This document shows positions 22,651 to 33,286 of a stretch of 64,000 nt of DNA, piece after piece. Location of the stretch: positions 874,503-938,502 of the forward strand of contig OZ220716.1 in NCBI GenBank assembly GCA_965116795.1, written 5' to 3'. This stretch comes from Gammaproteobacteria bacterium (lineage in GTDB: Bacteria > Pseudomonadota > Gammaproteobacteria > JAJFKG01). The translations under genes were made by a program, and so were the position numbers. The notes under the pieces are model-generated. The model saw only the letters and a program-made list of their open reading frames with translations, did not search any database and was not told the origin of the DNA. Numbering within the stretch: position 1 is the first letter of the stretch; each line of letters begins with the position of its first letter.

Positions 22651-23952
22651 TTAGCGTTCTTTAAATGCTGCTTCACGTGCGCGCAGAATTGGTTTCATGA
22701 TATAAGATAAAACAGATTTTTTGTTGGTAATAATGTTAACGGTTGCAGTCATTCCCGGCATAATAGGTAGTTTATTACCTTCTTTATCTAAATAGTTTTG
22801 TTCAGTGCGTATTTTAACTTTATAAAAATGATTGCCTTTTTCATCTTGAATAGTATCTGCACTGATACTTTCTACTGTAGCAGGCAATCCACCATAGACT
22901 GCATAATCATAAGCGGTAATCTTGACTAATGCTTTTGCTTCCGGATGGATAAAGGCAATATCAGATGGTTTTACATCAACTTCAACGGTTAGTTGATCTG
23001 TCATGGGTACAATTTCAATAATATTGTCTCCAGATTTAATTACTTCACCTAATGTGCTGATATTCATCGATTTAACAACACCATTTACTGGTGAACGTAT
23101 AACGGTACGATTCATGCGATCTTCTGCTGAAATCATTTTTTCTTTAGCGATAACTAACTCCGCTTTCTTTTCATTTAATTGAGCATGCGCTTTGCCTTTA
23201 AAATCTTCTAATGTCTCATCCATCTGTCCTTTTAATTCATTGACCTCACGTTCAAGTCGCAATAACTCCAATTTTGACATAACTTGTTGTTCAACTAGTG
23301 GTTTAACAATTTGTAACTCTTGTTCTGCTAGTAAATAACCATCACGTAAATTAGTAATTTTTGCAGTTAGATCAGTTTGTCTATCTTCAAAAAATAGTGT
23401 TTCACTGACTACTAATTGAGGAGCTTCTTTTTCTAAGATGGCAGGAAATAAAATAGTTTGATCACCGCTGGATTCTGCACGTAGCCTGGAAACGTTAGCT
23501 AGCAGCGTTAAGTAGTTTGAATGTACTTCGCGATAATCTGAGTTAAACCGTGTTGCATCAAGTCGGACTAATACTTCACCTTTTTTGACGATGTCACCGT
23601 CTTTAACATTGATTTGTTGAACAATGCCACCCTCTAAATTTTGGATCACTTTAATTTTTCCAGATGGAATAACACGTCCAGCACCAATAGTAATTTGTTC
23701 TAATTTAGTAGTTGTTGCCCAGATGATTGCAATAGTAATGAAGGCTATGACGATATAAAGTAATACATTTGCATGGCGGTATGTTTGTGACAATACAACG
23801 GCTTTACTATCTGAGACAAAATCCATATCTTCATGATGAACAACTGCAATTTTATCTGTATTTGGATCATCCTTATTTGTATTTTTGTCAGACAGTAATG
23901 CATCTATATTGTGATATTTATCACGTTTTTTTTGTTTGTCATCATTTGCCAT
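22651..23952 (-). CDS. HlyD-family type I secretion membrane fusion protein
   Basis: Single TM, GRVIPSG..KVIQNLEGGIV, IRSPVNGVV, YDYAVYGGL, PGMTATV; ATG 23952 with SD AGGAGG. Confidence 0.93.
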   Translation of the reverse strand: MANDDKQKKRDKYHNIDALLSDKNTNKDDPNTDKIAVVHHEDMDFVSDSKAVVLSQTYRHANVLLYIVIAFITIAIIWATTTKLEQITIGAGRVIPSGKIKVIQNLEGGIVQQINVKDGDIVKKGEVLVRLDATRFNSDYREVHSNYLTLLANVSRLRAESSGDQTILFPAILEKEAPQLVVSETLFFEDRQTDLTAKITNLRDGYLLAEQELQIVKPLVEQQVMSKLELLRLEREVNELKGQMDETLEDFKGKAHAQLNEKKAELVIAKEKMISAEDRMNRTVIRSPVNGVVKSMNISTLGEVIKSGDNIIEIVPMTDQLTVEVDVKPSDIAFIHPEAKALVKITAYDYAVYGGLPATVESISADTIQDEKGNHFYKVKIRTEQNYLDKEGNKLPIMPGMTATVNIITNKKSVLSYIMKPILRAREAAFKER

Positions 23953-26113
23953 GATTGCCTCCTGATGCTGTTTTGGCTTTATTTTGTGCCAATGCAGCCA
24001 GTACTTTATCTTTAGGGCCATCAGCAATGATTTGTCCACTATCCATCACAATTAATCTATCTACCATCGATAGCATTGATAATTTATGTGTGATAAGGAT
24101 CATGGTTTTGCCTTCACTGTATTTTGCTAAATTTTTTGTAACGATTTGTTCAGTACGATTATCCATCGCACTAGTTGGTTCATCTAATAAGAGAATGGGT
24201 GGAGAACCGAGGATCCCGCGCGCGATCATAATTGCCTGGCGCTGGCCTCCAGACAATCCATCACCGTGCTCCCCAACCCATAACTGGTAACCCGCTGGAT
24301 TGCGGCTCATGAATTTGTCGACACCAGCAATACGTGCTGCGTCCAATACCATGTCATCACTAGCCCATGACATACGCATAGCAATATTGTCGTGTATTGT
24401 GCCGTACATTAAGCGTTGATCTTGTGGAACATAACCAATATTGCGGCGCAAATCGGCCGGATCGATTTGGCTAATATCAATGCCGTCTACTAGTATATTG
24501 CCATCTGTTGGGCGATAAAATTCTAATAACAGTTTTTGTAAAGTTGTTTTACCTGAACCAATACTACCAACTAATCCAATACGTTCACCGGCTTTTATCT
24601 TAAAAGATATGTTTTGCAGTACATTACATTTTGCATTTGGGTATTTAAAGCTAACGTTATCAAATTCAATATCACCATCGAAATGTGGCCGACGTAGAAA
24701 TTTTGCTTCATGTGGTCGTTCAATGGGTAGTTCCATTATTTTATTTAAATTTTCTAATGCAATACGTGACTGTTGATAACGTAATAATACAGCTGTCATC
24801 TGAGCTAATGGGGCAATGGCGCGACCTGCTAGAATAGTGCATGCAATTAATCCACCGACGGTTAAGTTGCCTGATTGAATTAAATACACACCGTAAACGA
24901 CTACACTAATTGTCACAATTTGTTGCATGAATGCGGTAAAGCTAGATGCAATTGTAGAAAATTTGCGAGAACGTCGTCCGGATTTAGCAGATTCTGCAAT
25001 GGCTTCTTCCCATTTTTGTTGCATACTTCCTTCTGCGCCCATACTTTTGATCAATTCAATATTATTAATTGCTTCGACAAGTACAGCATGTTTTTGGGTT
25101 GAACCAATATAACCTTTGCTGACTTCACGACGCATTGGCATTTCTAATAATACGGCGACCATAAATACAATGGGAGCAGCAACCAACGGGAAAATGGCGA
25201 CACTGCCACCGATTAAGAAAATAAAGAAGATAAATAATACTAGGAAAGGCAAGTCAATTAATGTTGCCATGGTGGCTGATGTAAAAAAGTCACGCAGTAC
25301 TTCAAATTCACGCAAGTTATTAGCAAATGCTCCAGATGATTTTGGCTTTGCTGACATTTGTAGTCCCATGACATGTTGAAAAATATTGCTTGCCATCGAA
25401 ATATCTGCTTTTTTACCTGCTGCATCGATAAAATAACCACGTAGTACTTTCAATAAGAAATCAAATGCGATGACGATGATAACGCCAGTTGCCAACATCC
25501 ATAGTGTGGCAAGTGCATTGTTAGGTACAACTTTGTCGTATACATTCATCACAAATAATGGCGTGGCTAATGCAAATAGGTTGATGAGTAGTACAGTTAC
25601 GATGACACGAAAATAAATATGGTTGTAACGTGCTAATGTACCCCAAAACCATTTTCGAGGTCGTCCCAACTTATATTCATCTGCACGTGATTCAAATTGA
25701 TAAGATGCTTTAATTAATATGACATAACCAGTATATGCATCTTCAAGATCGTCAATAGTAATTTTCGAAATAACTTCACTAGTATCAGGAAAAATAACAT
25801 CAGCACTGCCATCTTGATTAAAAGCAGTTAATACACAAGCGTGACCATCTTTTAAAATTAGAATAGCAGGTAGTACTAATGGGTTAATTCGATGGATTGG
25901 TCGATGAATTAATTTTGCATATAAGTTAGCACGTTCGGCGGCACGTGGAAATAGATCAGGTGTTAAGCGATTGTTGCGCAGTGGTAGTCCAGCAACTAAT
26001 GCGTCACGCGAGTAAGGGTGGTGTCGTAATTTAGTTAGGGTTATCAAACATCCTAAGAGAGGATCATCTACATCATCTTCGGAATAATGATAACCGCCAG
26101 CGTGTTTATCCAT
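23942..26113 (-). CDS. Type I secretion ABC permease/ATPase (LapB/LssB-like, C39-like N-domain)
   Basis: DPLLGCL...LVAGLPL, PLFVMNVYDKVVPN, GSIGSGKTT, LSGGQRQ, LDEPTSAMD. Confidence 0.93.
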   Translation of the reverse strand: MDKHAGGYHYSEDDVDDPLLGCLITLTKLRHHPYSRDALVAGLPLRNNRLTPDLFPRAAERANLYAKLIHRPIHRINPLVLPAILILKDGHACVLTAFNQDGSADVIFPDTSEVISKITIDDLEDAYTGYVILIKASYQFESRADEYKLGRPRKWFWGTLARYNHIYFRVIVTVLLINLFALATPLFVMNVYDKVVPNNALATLWMLATGVIIVIAFDFLLKVLRGYFIDAAGKKADISMASNIFQHVMGLQMSAKPKSSGAFANNLREFEVLRDFFTSATMATLIDLPFLVLFIFFIFLIGGSVAIFPLVAAPIVFMVAVLLEMPMRREVSKGYIGSTQKHAVLVEAINNIELIKSMGAEGSMQQKWEEAIAESAKSGRRSRKFSTIASSFTAFMQQIVTISVVVYGVYLIQSGNLTVGGLIACTILAGRAIAPLAQMTAVLLRYQQSRIALENLNKIMELPIERPHEAKFLRRPHFDGDIEFDNVSFKYPNAKCNVLQNISFKIKAGERIGLVGSIGSGKTTLQKLLLEFYRPTDGNILVDGIDISQIDPADLRRNIGYVPQDQRLMYGTIHDNIAMRMSWASDDMVLDAARIAGVDKFMSRNPAGYQLWVGEHGDGLSGGQRQAIMIARGILGSPPILLLDEPTSAMDNRTEQIVTKNLAKYSEGKTMILITHKLSMLSMVDRLIVMDSGQIIADGPKDKVLAALAQNKAKTASGGNHGK

Positions 26114-26266
26114 TATTCTTCAATATTTCCTATAACATTCAACTAAATAAATATAGCGATTATTTAATAGGTTGCTCAGTCTGCAAATTTGGTACCAGCA
26201 AGAGGTGGAGTTATTGTATGTTATTGAAACAATAGTGCTTTTGTTGCGAGTGACTCAATAATACAG

Positions 26267-28174
26267 TTACGATGTTTGATTTGTACGTAGATCAGCTAAA
26301 TTACCGTTTTTCTCTAGCCAGTGCCGGCGATCAGTCGATCGTTTTTTAGCAAGTAACATGTCCATAATACATTGGGATTTAGTGCCATCATCTAACACTA
26401 ATTGCACTAAGCGACGTGTATCTGGGTCCATTGTTGTTTCACGCAATTGCAATGGGTTCATTTCACCTAATCCTTTGAAACGTTGAATGTGGAGTTTGGT
26501 GGATGTGTTTTTGTGTTCTGCTTGGATCCGATCAAGTACACCTTGTTTTTCCGCATCATCCAATGCGTAATAAACATTTTTACCGAGATCAATACGATAT
26601 AGAGGTGGCATTGCTACATATACATGTCCATTCTCAACCAATGCTTGAAAATGTCGTAAGAATAAAGCGCATAGTAATGTGGCGATATGAGCGCCATCTG
26701 AATCGGCATCAGCCAAGATGCAAATTTTGTGATAGCGCAGTCCAGTTAAATTGTCGCTACCAGGATCAACACCAACGGCAATTGCAATATCGTGAATGGT
26801 TTGTGATGAAAGCACTTGAGTTGAATCAACTTCCCACGTATTTAAGATCTTTCCACGCAATGGCATCACTGCTTGGAATTGACGATCACGTGCTTGTTTT
26901 GCCGATCCACCAGCAGAATCACCTTCTACTAAGAATAATTCACTGTTTGCTGGATCTTGACTAGCACAATCAGCTAATTTTCCAGGCAATGCTGGCCCAC
27001 TTGTGATTTTTTTACGGGTAACTGTTTTGCCTGCACGCAAACGTTTTTGGGCATTATCGATAGCGAGTTCAGCAAGTGCTTTACCTTCGGCAACATGTTG
27101 ATTTAACCATATGCTAAATGCATCTTTAACAATTCCACTGACAAAGGCAGCACACTGACGGGATGATAAACGTTCTTTGGTTTGTCCAGAAAATTGTGGG
27201 TCGAGTAATTTAACAGATAAAACGTATTGGCAATTTTCCCAAATGTCATCAGCAACCAATTTAACACCGCGTGGCAATAAATGGTGAATATCACAGAATT
27301 CACGTAGTGCATCAAGTAAACCGCTGCGCAACCCATTAATGTGTGTACCACCAGCAGGGGTTGGAATTAAATTAACATAGCTCTCTGTTAATTGTTCCTT
27401 AGCTTCTGTTAGCCACTGTACTGCCCAATCGACTTCTTCATCTTGTGCGTTAAATGAGCCGACAAAAGGTTGTTCTGGTAATACAGTATAGCCATGAGTT
27501 GCCTGGATAAGATAATCTGCTAACCCATCAGCATAGTGCCAGGTTTCATTTTGTTTTGCTTTTTTATCGTGATAATTAATAGTAAGGCCTGAACATAATA
27601 CTGCTTTTGCGCGCAATGCATGCATTAATTTATTGGTGGTGATTTTAGTCGTATCGAAATACTGAGTGGCTGGCCAAAAGCGGATGCAAGTACCTGTCCG
27701 ACGTTTGCTGACATCGCCTACCATAGTGAGCTTTTTGCTAACAGCACCGTTGGCAAATGACATCTGATGTTGTTTGCCATGTTGATAGACATCTATGTTT
27801 AATTTACTTGATAATGCATTAACAACAGATACGCCAACACCATGTAAACCACCAGAGAAACGGTATGTCTTATTGGAAAACTTAGCGCCAGCATGTAAGC
27901 GCGTTAGGATTAATTCAATGCCTGAGATTTTTTCTTCTGGATGAATGTCCACTGGCATACCACGACCATCATCGCTGACTTCAATTGAGCCATCAGTATG
28001 CAATGTGACATCGATAGACTTACCGTAGCCGGCCATGACTTCATCAACACTGTTATCGATAACTTCCATGACCAAATGGTTTGGGTTAATTGTATTAGTG
28101 TACATGCCTGGGCGCTTTTGCACAGGCTCTAATCCACTTAATACTTCGATGGCATTAGCAGTATAATTTGTCAT
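26267..28174 (-). CDS. parE: DNA topoisomerase IV subunit B
   Basis: YTANAIEVLSGLEPV.KRPGMY, EVIDNSVDE, LVEGDSAGGSAKQAR, QRFKGLGEMNP. Confidence 0.97.
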   Translation of the reverse strand: MTNYTANAIEVLSGLEPVQKRPGMYTNTINPNHLVMEVIDNSVDEVMAGYGKSIDVTLHTDGSIEVSDDGRGMPVDIHPEEKISGIELILTRLHAGAKFSNKTYRFSGGLHGVGVSVVNALSSKLNIDVYQHGKQHQMSFANGAVSKKLTMVGDVSKRRTGTCIRFWPATQYFDTTKITTNKLMHALRAKAVLCSGLTINYHDKKAKQNETWHYADGLADYLIQATHGYTVLPEQPFVGSFNAQDEEVDWAVQWLTEAKEQLTESYVNLIPTPAGGTHINGLRSGLLDALREFCDIHHLLPRGVKLVADDIWENCQYVLSVKLLDPQFSGQTKERLSSRQCAAFVSGIVKDAFSIWLNQHVAEGKALAELAIDNAQKRLRAGKTVTRKKITSGPALPGKLADCASQDPANSELFLVEGDSAGGSAKQARDRQFQAVMPLRGKILNTWEVDSTQVLSSQTIHDIAIAVGVDPGSDNLTGLRYHKICILADADSDGAHIATLLCALFLRHFQALVENGHVYVAMPPLYRIDLGKNVYYALDDAEKQGVLDRIQAEHKNTSTKLHIQRFKGLGEMNPLQLRETTMDPDTRRLVQLVLDDGTKSQCIMDMLLAKKRSTDRRHWLEKNGNLADLRTNQTS

Positions 28175-28204
28175 AGTTCTAACTATAGTCGTTTTCGAGC
28201 ATTT

Positions 28205-28395
28205 AACCTAAATTCTGCAGTTAAACTGGACTGCGAAGGTGTATTGCATTGAATCTTAATTTTATTTTTAGGATTTTTGACGCAGTCGTACTCACCTGTA
28301 CGGTGAGTACGACTGCGTCAAAAATCCTAAAAATAAACCTAATCTTACAACGCACTAACCCTTCTCGTCCTCAGTTTAACTGCGGAATTTAGGTT
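28205..28395. mobile_element. Palindromic MITE-like element family A (191 bp)
   Basis: Terminal inverted repeats aacctaaattctgcagttaaactg / cagtttaactgcggaatttaggtt; central perfect 36-bp stem at 28261-28337. Confidence 0.88.
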
Positions 28396-28535
28396 AAATT
28401 TAATGCATTTTATAATATAGGGGGATAATAATCTAAAATACAAAGCGTGCACAATATTACATTTCGCTCTGACTTGTCCAGCTCAGTGGTGATTTGCGTC
28501 TCTATTTGTGATAATTTGAGCGTGACTGCCGGCCT

Positions 28536-29378
28536 TTGGAATTATCAACAGTGTCAATTGACAGTAGCGTATTGCTACCACAGGTAAATGTTATCGCTGA
28601 GCAAGCAGCGCGTATTATTATGGATATATATCATAATGGTATTACTGCCGAGCAAATTCAGCATAAAGTTGACAACTCACCGGTAACAGTAGCCGATCTT
28701 GCTTCGCATGCTTATATTGTAAATGCACTTGCTGCACTAACACCAAGCATTCCGATTGTCTCTGAAGAAACTGCGCTACCTGATGTTGCCATACGCCGTC
28801 AATGGACGCACTATTGGTTAGTGGACCCACTTGATGGTACCAAAGAGTTCATTGACCATAATGGTGAGTTTACAATTAATATTGCCTTAATCGAGGATGG
28901 TTGTGTTGTATTGGGTGTTGTCTATTTACCAGCAGTAGAGACTTGTTATTATGCCTATGCAGGAGGCGGTGCTTATAAACAAGTTGCTAATGGTGTTGCC
29001 AAGCCAATTCATGCGCGTCGACGAACCACCGCAGATGAATTAATTATCTTAACAAGCCGGCGTAATCATAGTCAGCGAGTGACCACTTTGGCAGATAGAT
29101 TGCCACATGCACGTATAGAACGTTATGGTAGTGCGATTAAATTATGTTTTTTAGCAGAAGGTCAGGCGGATGTGTATACCCGTTTTGGCAATGTGTTAGA
29201 ATGGGATTTAGCAGCAGGACACTGTATTATTGAACAAGCAGGTGGGTGTGTTTCTAGTATTGCTGGGACTCGTTTAATTTATAATACACCGCAATTAGAA
29301 CACCCTAATTTTTTTGCAGTAGGTTGTTGCGATTATCCGTGGCAATCTTATTTAGTAGGTATATCATATGACAATTAA
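28536..29378 (+). CDS. cysQ: 3'(2'),5'-bisphosphate nucleotidase (start uncertain)
   Basis: [41 protein letters not shown]. Confidence 0.92.
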   Translation: MELSTVSIDSSVLLPQVNVIAEQAARIIMDIYHNGITAEQIQHKVDNSPVTVADLASHAYIVNALAALTPSIPIVSEETALPDVAIRRQWTHYWLVDPLDGTKEFIDHNGEFTINIALIEDGCVVLGVVYLPAVETCYYAYAGGGAYKQVANGVAKPIHARRRTTADELIILTSRRNHSQRVTTLADRLPHARIERYGSAIKLCFLAEGQADVYTRFGNVLEWDLAAGHCIIEQAGGCVSSIAGTRLIYNTPQLEHPNFFAVGCCDYPWQSYLVGISYDN

Positions 29379-30360
29379 TAAACATGTTAACGTAGCAATT
29401 ACTGGAGCGGCTGGTCAAATTGGTTATGCGTTGGTATATCGTATCGCATCGGGGCAAATGTTTGGTAACGACGTCACAGTGAGTTTAAATCTGATTGAAT
29501 TAGAGCACTCACTTCCAGCATTATACGGTGTTGCAATGGAGTTAGAAGATTGTGCCTTTCCACTGTTGCGTGATATTAAGTGTACTGCCAGTTTAGCTGA
29601 TGGTATGCATGATGTGAATTGGGCAATTCTAGTGGGTGCAGTACCACGCAAAGCGGGAATGGAGCGTTCTGATTTACTGAAAATAAATGGTGGTGTTTTT
29701 ACTGAACAAGGCAAAGCAATTAATGATAATGCAGCTGACGATGTACGCGTGTTTGTTGTCGGTAATCCATGTAATACCAATTGTTTGATTGCAATGCACA
29801 ATGCGCCAGATGTGCCTAATGATCGTTTTTATGCAATGACCATGTTAGATGAATTGCGTGCAAAAGCACAATTAGCAAAACGGGCTAATCAACCTATTAC
29901 CGCAGTGTCTAACATGATTATTTGGGGAAACCACTCAGCAACACAATATCCAGATTTTTATCATGCTAACATTAATGGTCGTATTGCAGTCGATGTTATC
30001 CAAGATGAAACATGGTTGCAGCAAGAATTTGTTAAGATAGTACAGCAACGTGGAGCCGATATTATTAAAGCACGTGGTGCGTCGTCAGCTGCATCAGCTG
30101 CTAATGCCATTATTAATGGCATTTATCAATTAACTCACGATACTGCATCAGGCGATTATTTTTCAATGTGTTGTTGTGCTAATGGTGAGTATGGTGTTGA
30201 TGATGGATTAATTTTTTCTTATCCATGTCAAGTAAGCCAAGGGAAATTATGTATTGTTAATAGTATTGACCATAATGAGTATGGACAACAAAAATTGCAG
30301 GCAACGTTAGCTGAATTACGTCAGGAGCGTGATGCGATAAGAGCAGAAGGTTTAATTTAG
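29368..30360 (+). CDS. mdh: Malate dehydrogenase (cytosolic/Thermus-type family)
   Basis: [51 protein letters not shown]. Confidence 0.97.
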   Translation: MTINKHVNVAITGAAGQIGYALVYRIASGQMFGNDVTVSLNLIELEHSLPALYGVAMELEDCAFPLLRDIKCTASLADGMHDVNWAILVGAVPRKAGMERSDLLKINGGVFTEQGKAINDNAADDVRVFVVGNPCNTNCLIAMHNAPDVPNDRFYAMTMLDELRAKAQLAKRANQPITAVSNMIIWGNHSATQYPDFYHANINGRIAVDVIQDETWLQQEFVKIVQQRGADIIKARGASSAASAANAIINGIYQLTHDTASGDYFSMCCCANGEYGVDDGLIFSYPCQVSQGKLCIVNSIDHNEYGQQKLQATLAELRQERDAIRAEGLI

Positions 30361-30486
30361 TATACTCTTCGTATTTTAACTGTATGCTTTGTTGGCTTCG
30401 CCCGTTCGCAATAGTCATGTATTTCAATACACTCCTGTTGCTCACAGGCTTGCCGCCTCGCTTACAGTCAAAACGCTTTGAGTATA
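30361..30486. mobile_element. ERIC-like palindromic element (126 bp) immediately after the mdh stop
   Basis: TATACTC...GAGTATA ends; shares agtcatgtatttcaatacactcct and cttgccgcctcgc with 21923-22049. Confidence 0.85.
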
Positions 30487-30620
30487 CACTGAGTTTAAGC
30501 TGACGTTTTTTGGTGAAGGTACAGTTCAGCTAAGTTGTTTTATAGTTAGCAGATTGCAAATCTACATGGAATGTAGGAGTGTATACTATACTACTCAAGC
30601 CTACGGCTAAAATGTGAAGA

Positions 30621-32330
30621 GTGTACATGGATAGTAAATTGAACAAACCATCTATACGACCAATTATTATTATCATTGTTGTTGGCCTTGTTCTAGCTGG
30701 ACTAGGGTATAAGGCAATGGAGTATGCTGGAGATAGTCAGCAGCGTAATCAATTTCAGCAATTGGCCCAAAAGAGAAGTTTCTTAGCCGAACAACAACTG
30801 GATGATGTATTAGATAGCTTGGTTGCATTGCGTACATTTTACCTTGCATCTGAAAATGTCACCGCAACAGAATTTCAAATCTATGCCAACCATCTTCTAA
30901 ACCGTTATCCTGGCTTAATAGCGTTGTTGTGGGCACCAGTTGTCAATATAGCTAATCAGGTTGACACAGATAATATACTGCCTGATGATGCTCAAACAAC
31001 GGTATACTATCCAATCACTTATTTTGCTGGCACAACCCAATCAGCATTACCGTTAGGCTTAAATTTAGCGTCATTGCCAGACTTGCATAATCAGTTGCAA
31101 ACACAGCATCGCCAACAACTTATTTGGCAAGCGCTTGGTACGCTTAATGGTAATAGCAACGAAAGATCATATTATATTACCGTGTTGGCTGTGCCTAATA
31201 CCATAGGTAATTTAATGGGTTATGTTGCAGCTGTTGTTGATTTATCTACGTTACTAGACCCAATTTTTCAGGATGCTACTACACCACTCTATGCGCAAAT
31301 TACGTTACAACATGATCGTCATATAACCTATACATTCGGTGAATTAAACAAACCAATTATCCAATATCAACGTCCATTGACAGTCATCGGTGGTAATTGG
31401 GATTATCAACAATCATTGCTATATCAAAAACTAACTTGGGAATCATTATGGCCGCCCTTGCTTATTTTTATAAGCTTACTGTCTATTGCTATTATTTTAG
31501 CGATTTACATTAAAAATAAATTAGAACAACAGCAGCGTACCGAAAAAGTCGTCAAATTGCGTACGCAAGAATTAAGTTATACTACAGCGCGTTTAAAGCA
31601 ACGTAGTTTACAATTGGCTAATATCAATACTGAATTGCAACAATTTGCCTATGTGGCGTCACATGACTTGCAAGCACCATTACGCATGATCCAACGTTAT
31701 GCTGAATTATTGCAACAAGAATTAGTTAATCAAGCCAATAATGACATAGGAAAACAATTACAGTCTATTTTTGTAGAAATTGGGCATATGGACCAATTAA
31801 TTACGGGTTTGTTAACCTATTCTCGAATTGAAAATGGCAATATAGAAATTAAACCTGTTGAAATGGAACATGTTGTTACTGCAGTGCTACAAAAATTAGC
31901 CGATCAAATTGAACAAGCTAATGCAGTGGTGACCCACGATGAATTACCAACTGTCTACGGCGATCAAGTTCAATTAACTAGTTTATTACAAAATTTAATT
32001 AGTAATGCGATTACCTATTGTCATGCTGATGTTAATCCAGTCGTACACATTAGTTGTGTGCGTCAACATGATGAATGGATATTTAAAGTCAGTGATAATG
32101 GTATTGGGATCCCTGAAGTTGATCACGAGCGTGTATTTGATATTTTTCAACGTTTACATACTCATGAACAATATCCAGGTACGGGTATTGGTTTAGCTAT
32201 TTGTAAGAAAATAGTAACACGTCATCGTGGTCATATTTGGCTGGAATCAGTTCCAGATGAAGGGACTATATTCTTTTTTAGTTTGCCTGTTGGTCAAATA
32301 ACTAAAACAAATCATACACTGAAAGTTTAG
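30621..32330 (+). CDS. CHASE-domain sensor histidine kinase (orphan)
   Basis: Two TMs around ASENVTATEF...YPGLIALLWAP...YYPITY...LGLNL (CHASE-like); H-box FAYVASHDLQAPLR; NLISNA, DNGIGI, GTGIGLA. Confidence 0.85.
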   Translation: MYMDSKLNKPSIRPIIIIIVVGLVLAGLGYKAMEYAGDSQQRNQFQQLAQKRSFLAEQQLDDVLDSLVALRTFYLASENVTATEFQIYANHLLNRYPGLIALLWAPVVNIANQVDTDNILPDDAQTTVYYPITYFAGTTQSALPLGLNLASLPDLHNQLQTQHRQQLIWQALGTLNGNSNERSYYITVLAVPNTIGNLMGYVAAVVDLSTLLDPIFQDATTPLYAQITLQHDRHITYTFGELNKPIIQYQRPLTVIGGNWDYQQSLLYQKLTWESLWPPLLIFISLLSIAIILAIYIKNKLEQQQRTEKVVKLRTQELSYTTARLKQRSLQLANINTELQQFAYVASHDLQAPLRMIQRYAELLQQELVNQANNDIGKQLQSIFVEIGHMDQLITGLLTYSRIENGNIEIKPVEMEHVVTAVLQKLADQIEQANAVVTHDELPTVYGDQVQLTSLLQNLISNAITYCHADVNPVVHISCVRQHDEWIFKVSDNGIGIPEVDHERVFDIFQRLHTHEQYPGTGIGLAICKKIVTRHRGHIWLESVPDEGTIFFFSLPVGQITKTNHTLKV

Positions 32331-32331
32331 T

Positions 32332-33261
32332 CTAAAAAGAAAAGCGGCGTAAATTTAATTTATCTTTCCCTGAAGCTGATTGCTTAATGCGTTGTATAGC
32401 AGCAATGGCACTTGTTAAATGCAATTCAGTATACTCCGAAAATACACGTGATGAAGATGCCTTTGTTTTTATTCCTTCTGGAGTCATTGGCAAATCACTG
32501 ACTAATAATAATGCGCCCACGGGTACTTTGCGTGCAAAACCTGTAGTGAACAATGCACTGCATTCCATTTCGACACCAGTTGCTTTTTCATTGCGTAAGC
32601 GTTGTTTAAAATCCTCATCAAATTCCCACATGCGATAATCAGTTGTATGCACAACCCCTGTCATAAAGGATAAATCACGTTCAATTAATTCTTCAGCAAT
32701 GTATTTTTGGATCATAAATGATGGCAAGCTTGGTACTTGTTCTGGCATATAATGACGGCTAGTGCCTTCATCACGTACTGCAGCAATTGGTAATAACATA
32801 TCACCAATACGTTGTCGTCGATGTAAACCACCACATAATCCAAGCATGATAACAGCCTGTGGATTTAAATAAGATAATACATCCATTAATAATGCTGCCA
32901 TTGGTGATCCAACACGATAATCGATAATACTAATTTTGTGTGTTGGTGAATGAGCAACTTGTAATACAGGACCTTTTTGACACGTTATCTTTGCATAGTT
33001 AGCAAATGCGTCAGCATATTGTGAAAAATTAGTTAATAAAATAAAGTCTTGAAAGTCACTAATATCACTATTGGAGTAACGAGAGAGTGTATCTAGTGCA
33101 ATTTGACGGCGGGTAATTTGTCCGCGAGTGGCGGCTGCTTCATGGGTGATCCCAAATGCTTCGGTATCACTGTTGCGTAGTATTTCTGAGTTAGAATCAG
33201 ATAGTGTTTTTTTATGCTTAGACATCTGCACTGTGCTCATCATTTGTGATGATTTAAGCAT
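32332..33261 (-). CDS. amn: AMP nucleosidase, short single-domain type (start uncertain)
   Basis: ILLTNF, GSPMAA, LGLCGGL, RDEGTS.HY, EMECS, LLVSDLP...GIKT. Confidence 0.85.
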   Translation of the reverse strand: MLKSSQMMSTVQMSKHKKTLSDSNSEILRNSDTEAFGITHEAAATRGQITRRQIALDTLSRYSNSDISDFQDFILLTNFSQYADAFANYAKITCQKGPVLQVAHSPTHKISIIDYRVGSPMAALLMDVLSYLNPQAVIMLGLCGGLHRRQRIGDMLLPIAAVRDEGTSRHYMPEQVPSLPSFMIQKYIAEELIERDLSFMTGVVHTTDYRMWEFDEDFKQRLRNEKATGVEMECSALFTTGFARKVPVGALLLVSDLPMTPEGIKTKASSSRVFSEYTELHLTSAIAAIQRIKQSASGKDKLNLRRFSF

Positions 33262-33286
33262 AGTACATATTCTGAGTTAATACAGA

